Below are positions 60,531-64,000 of a stretch of 64,000 nucleotides of DNA, in pieces (the stretch's first letter is position 1; every line of letters starts with the position of its first letter). The notes under the pieces are model-generated. The model saw only the letters and a list, made by a program, of their open reading frames with translations. It was not told the DNA's origin and searched no databases. A program made the position numbers and the translations under genes. Source of the DNA: Hydrurus foetidus (Eukaryota); the NCBI GenBank assembly GCA_900617105.1, contig UYFQ01000001.1, forward strand, positions 3,286,001 to 3,350,000. Reading direction: 5' to 3'.

Positions 60531-61414
60531 GCACCACGACCAAACCCGTCAATCAAAAAGCTTGGTTTTTAATTCTGCCGGTGTTGATTTGCGTCGCCTT
60601 TTCGGCAATCTTGCCGTTGATGACGGTGGTCAATTACTCTGTGCAAGACATCATTTCCCCCGAGCGCAAGGTGTTTGTTGGCACAGAGTGGTTTGCCGCA
60701 GTGATGCGCGACGAAGAACTGCATGGCGCGCTGCTACGCCAGCTGACGTTTTCTTTTGCGGTGCTGGCTGTTGAGTTGCCGTTGGGCATCATGCTGGCTT
60801 TGTCTATGCCCGCCAGTGGCTGGAAGGCTTCAGCAACGCTGGTGATCGTGGCGTTGTCGCTGCTGATTCCATGGAACGTCGTGGGCACCATCTGGCAGAT
60901 TTTTGGCCGCACTGACATTGGTTTGATGGGAGCGGCGCTGCAGCGCATGGGTGTTAACTACAGCTACACCGGCAACGCAGCCGATGCGTGGGCAACTGTA
61001 TTGCTGATGGATGTTTGGCACTGGACGCCGTTGGTGGCTTTGCTGGGCTACGCAGGTTTGCGCTCCATTCCCGATGCTTACTACCAGGCGGCCAGCATTG
61101 ATGGTGCGTCGAAATTTGCGGTTTTTCGCTACGTTCAACTGCCCAAAATGCGCGGCGTGTTGATGATTGCGGTGCTGCTGCGGTTTATGGACAGCTTCAT
61201 GATTTACACCGAGCCGTTTGTGTTGACGGGCGGTGGGCCGGGTAACTCGACCACGTTTTTGTCGCAGTTCTTGACGCAAAAAGCAGTTGGGCAGTTTGAC
61301 TTGGGTCCGGCAGCCGCCTTTTCACTGATTTATTTCTTGATTATTTTGCTGCTTTGTTTTGTTTTGTACAACTGGATGCAAAGGGTGGGCACAGCAAAAG
61401 GAGCCTGGCCATGA
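60527..61414 (+). CDS. glpP: Glycerol ABC transporter permease
   Basis: MDVWHWTP, YQAASIDGA, RFMDSF; ATGA overlap. Confidence 0.85.
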   Translation: MSTTTKPVNQKAWFLILPVLICVAFSAILPLMTVVNYSVQDIISPERKVFVGTEWFAAVMRDEELHGALLRQLTFSFAVLAVELPLGIMLALSMPASGWKASATLVIVALSLLIPWNVVGTIWQIFGRTDIGLMGAALQRMGVNYSYTGNAADAWATVLLMDVWHWTPLVALLGYAGLRSIPDAYYQAASIDGASKFAVFRYVQLPKMRGVLMIAVLLRFMDSFMIYTEPFVLTGGGPGNSTTFLSQFLTQKAVGQFDLGPAAAFSLIYFLIILLLCFVLYNWMQRVGTAKGAWP

Positions 61415-62223
61415 ATAAGCACCGCTTTCAAAAGCGCTCGGTGTTTTTGGCGGTTTACATCGTCTTTGCGCTGCTGCCGATTTATTGGATGGTCAACATG
61501 TCCTTTAAAACCAACGGCGAGATATTGGCCAGCTTTTCGTTGTTCCCACAGCAGTTCACTTGGGACAACTACCGCACGATCTTGACCGATCCGTCTTGGT
61601 ATTCAGGCTACATCAACAGCTTGATTTACGTTGCCATCAACACCGTCATTTCTCTGGCAGTGGCTTTGCCTGCGGCGTACGCATTTTCACGCTACAGCTT
61701 TCTGGGCGACAAGCATGTCTTTTTCTGGCTGCTGACCAACCGCATGACGCCGCCAGCGGTGTTCTTGCTGCCGTTTTTTCAGCTTTACACCACGGTCGGA
61801 TTGATGGACACGCATTTAGCGGTGGCACTGGCCCATTTGCTGTTTAACGTGCCGCTGGCTGTGTGGATTTTGGAAGGTTTCATGAGCGGCATTTCGCGTG
61901 AGATTGATGAAACTGCCTATATCGACGGCTATTCATTCCCCAGATTTTTTGTGACGATATTTCTGCCGCTGGTCAAAGCGGGTGTGGGCGTAGCGGCGTT
62001 CTTTTGCTTCATGTTTAGCTGGGTCGAGCTGCTTTTGGCGCGAACCCTGACCAGCGTGAACGCCAAACCCATTGTGGCCACCATGACGCGCACGGTGTCA
62101 GCTTCAGGGATGGATTGGGCCACGTTGGCGGCGGCCGGTGTGTTGACCATCGTGCCGGGCGCGATCGTGATCTGGTTTGTGCGCAATTACATTGCTAAAG
62201 GCTTCGCCATGGGACGTGTATGA
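61411..62223 (+). CDS. glpQ: Glycerol ABC transporter permease
   Basis: EIDETAYIDG, FSWVELL; ATGA overlap. Confidence 0.85.
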   Translation: MNKHRFQKRSVFLAVYIVFALLPIYWMVNMSFKTNGEILASFSLFPQQFTWDNYRTILTDPSWYSGYINSLIYVAINTVISLAVALPAAYAFSRYSFLGDKHVFFWLLTNRMTPPAVFLLPFFQLYTTVGLMDTHLAVALAHLLFNVPLAVWILEGFMSGISREIDETAYIDGYSFPRFFVTIFLPLVKAGVGVAAFFCFMFSWVELLLARTLTSVNAKPIVATMTRTVSASGMDWATLAAAGVLTIVPGAIVIWFVRNYIAKGFAMGRV

Positions 62224-62235
62224 GGGAGATTTGCT

Positions 62236-62544
62236 ATGTTTGATTGGATGGCTTGGACCACCCCCGTTGCGGTGTTTTTCGTTTGCATCGCCCTTCTGTT
62301 GGCGGCGATGACGGCATGGGAAATAAAGTCACCCACCACGTTGCGCAAAGGGTTTTTGCCCATTGATACGACGCGCGGTGACCGGCTTTTTATCTCCCTT
62401 TTATTGATGGCTTATGTAAACCTGGCCTTCATTGGTGTTAGCGGAAAACTGGTGGGTTGGCTGCATCTCCAGGCTGAGCCGTCTATTTGGATAAGTTTTG
62501 TGTTTTCTTTGGGCTTAGTGGCGCTGGTGATGCGCAAAGGCTAG
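62236..62544 (+). CDS. glpU: DUF2160 small membrane protein
   Basis: WMAWT, R.GFLPI.TTRGDRLF. Confidence 0.82.
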   Translation: MFDWMAWTTPVAVFFVCIALLLAAMTAWEIKSPTTLRKGFLPIDTTRGDRLFISLLLMAYVNLAFIGVSGKLVGWLHLQAEPSIWISFVFSLGLVALVMRKG

Positions 62545-62637
62545 CCACAACGGAACGATTGAGTTTTAAGGATCGGCTTGACCCCCTGGAGCCGTATTAG
62601 CCTTTCGACAGGGGTTTACAAACGTAGGAGACGAATC

Positions 62638-64000
62638 ATGAAATTGCGATATTCGGTATCAGCTATCGTTATTGCCTGTGCCATGACCAGCCATGGCTGG
62701 GCTGACGAGGCGGCAGCTAAAAAATGGATCGACAGCGAGTTTCAACCCTCAACGCTGGCCAAAGACAAGCAGGCCGCTGAGATGAAGTGGTTTATAGACG
62801 CGGCTAAAAAGCTGCAGGCCAAGGGAGTGAAAGAAATTTCAGTTGTTTCTGAAACGCTGACCACCCACGAATACGAGTCGAAAACACTTGCCAAAGCGTT
62901 TGAGGAGATCACGGGTATCAAGGTCAAGCACGACATCATTCAAGAAGGTGACGTGGTTGAAAAACTGCAAACCTCGATGCAGTCAGGCAAAAGCATTTAT
63001 GACGGTTGGATATCTGATTCAGACCTGATTGGTACTCATTACCGTTACGGAAAAATCCTTGCGCTGTCGGACTACATGGTCGGCAAGGGCAAGGAGTACA
63101 CAAATCCTGGCCTTGATTTGAAAGACTTTATTGGCACCAGTTTTACCACCGCTCCAGATAAAAAGCTGTACCAATTGCCAGACCAGCAGTTTGCCAACCT
63201 GTACTGGTTCCGCGCTGATTTATTCGCTAAAAAAGACCTGCAAGACAAATTCAAAGCTAAATATGGCTACGACTTGGGCGTGCCGCAAAACTGGAGCGCG
63301 TATGAAGACATCGCCGAGTTTTTTACCAACGATGTGAAAATGATTGACGGCAAGCCGATTTATGGGCACATGGATTACGGCAAGAAAGACCCGTCACTTG
63401 GCTGGCGCTTTACCGATGCGTGGCTATCGATGGCAGGCACGGCGGACATTGGTATTCCGAACGGCAGGCCTGTTGACGAGTGGGGCATTCGGGCGGACGC
63501 TGACGGTTGTCATCCGCAAGGGGCATCGGTTTCGCGCGGCGGCGCCACCAACTCGCCTGCTGCGGTGTATGCGCTCACCAAGTACATCGACTGGATGAAA
63601 AAATACGCGCCCAAAGAAGCGACTGGCATGACGTTTGGTGAGGCAGGACCGGTGCCTGCACAGGGTCAAATTGCTCAGCAAATCTTCTGGTACACCGCTT
63701 TCACGGCCGATATGGTTAAAACAGGACTGCCAGTCGTGAATGCTGACGGTACGCCAAAATGGCGCATGGCCCCCGGTCCGAATGGTCCGTATTGGAAGCA
63801 AGGAATGCAAAACGGCTACCAGGATGTGGGTTCCTGGACGTTCTTCAAAGATCACAACCCTGACAAGGTGGCAGCGGCTTGGCTTTACGCCCAATTTGTG
63901 ACCAGCAAAACCGTCTCCCTTAAAAAGTCTATTACTGGTTTGACCTTTGTGCGGGACAGCGACATTCGGCACGACTATTTCACACAAAATGCAGCCAAGT
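62638..64000 (+). CDS. glpV: Glycerol ABC transporter substrate-binding protein (cut by the window end, missing from the ORF track)
   Basis: AGGAG RBS; my translation MKLRYSVSAIVIACAMTSHGWADEAAAKKWIDSEFQPSTL...VVSETLTTHEYES...QEGDVVEK. Confidence 0.88.
   Translation, partial: MKLRYSVSAIVIACAMTSHGWADEAAAKKWIDSEFQPSTLAKDKQAAEMKWFIDAAKKLQAKGVKEISVVSETLTTHEYESKTLAKAFEEITGIKVKHDIIQEGDVVEKLQTSMQSGKSIYDGWISDSDLIGTHYRYGKILALSDYMVGKGKEYTNPGLDLKDFIGTSFTTAPDKKLYQLPDQQFANLYWFRADLFAKKDLQDKFKAKYGYDLGVPQNWSAYEDIAEFFTNDVKMIDGKPIYGHMDYGKKDPSLGWRFTDAWLSMAGTADIGIPNGRPVDEWGIRADADGCHPQGASVSRGGATNSPAAVYALTKYIDWMKKYAPKEATGMTFGEAGPVPAQGQIAQQIFWYTAFTADMVKTGLPVVNADGTPKWRMAPGPNGPYWKQGMQNGYQDVGSWTFFKDHNPDKVAAAWLYAQFVTSKTVSLKKSITGLTFVRDSDIRHDYFTQNAAK

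Noticed and set aside
1..64000. IS elements, prophage, tRNA/rRNA genes
   Set aside because: No transposase, integrase or phage structural ORFs, and no cloverleaf or rRNA-like sequence seen by eye. tRNAscan-SE or Infernal would be needed to exclude small RNAs.

Overview
64 kb of GC-rich betaproteobacterial chromosome. Gene content and order suggest Burkholderiales/Comamonadaceae, possibly Polaromonas-like (inference). It is mostly housekeeping: dacB, tsaB-rimI, pyrF, uvrA/ssb, mnmA-nudJ, mmsA, pntAA/AB/B, fadD, mtnN, gshB, corA, hpf-ptsN-hprK, fur/bamE-dapB-exbBD-leuS-lptE-holA-proA, gshA, kup, and glpK-glpR with a glycerol ABC operon cut by the window end. I saw no rRNA, tRNA, CRISPR array, transposase or integrase. 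The main unexplained signal is a dispersed ~55-bp repeat (consensus TGCTAY-N8-KAGCTGCTHGCGCCCGTATTWATTGGGCTACAGC-N3-WTTT). It occurs 20 times, aligns essentially without gaps and has helically phased A/T tracts. Five copies are read in frame inside genes, including leuS and proA, and several supply gene ends. Other signals: a displaced, synonymously diverged duplicate of the uvrA 3' end next to a small islet; a REP/REPIN-like element whose second copy brackets a hydrolase-LysR cassette; a palindromic in-frame insert in holA; a foreign-looking gene inside the pnt operon; a degenerate UDG with a psi-like N-terminus; and a PD-(D/E)XK-like nuclease plus ParE-type TA islet. All calls come from reading the sequence and recalling protein families. 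No database search was run.
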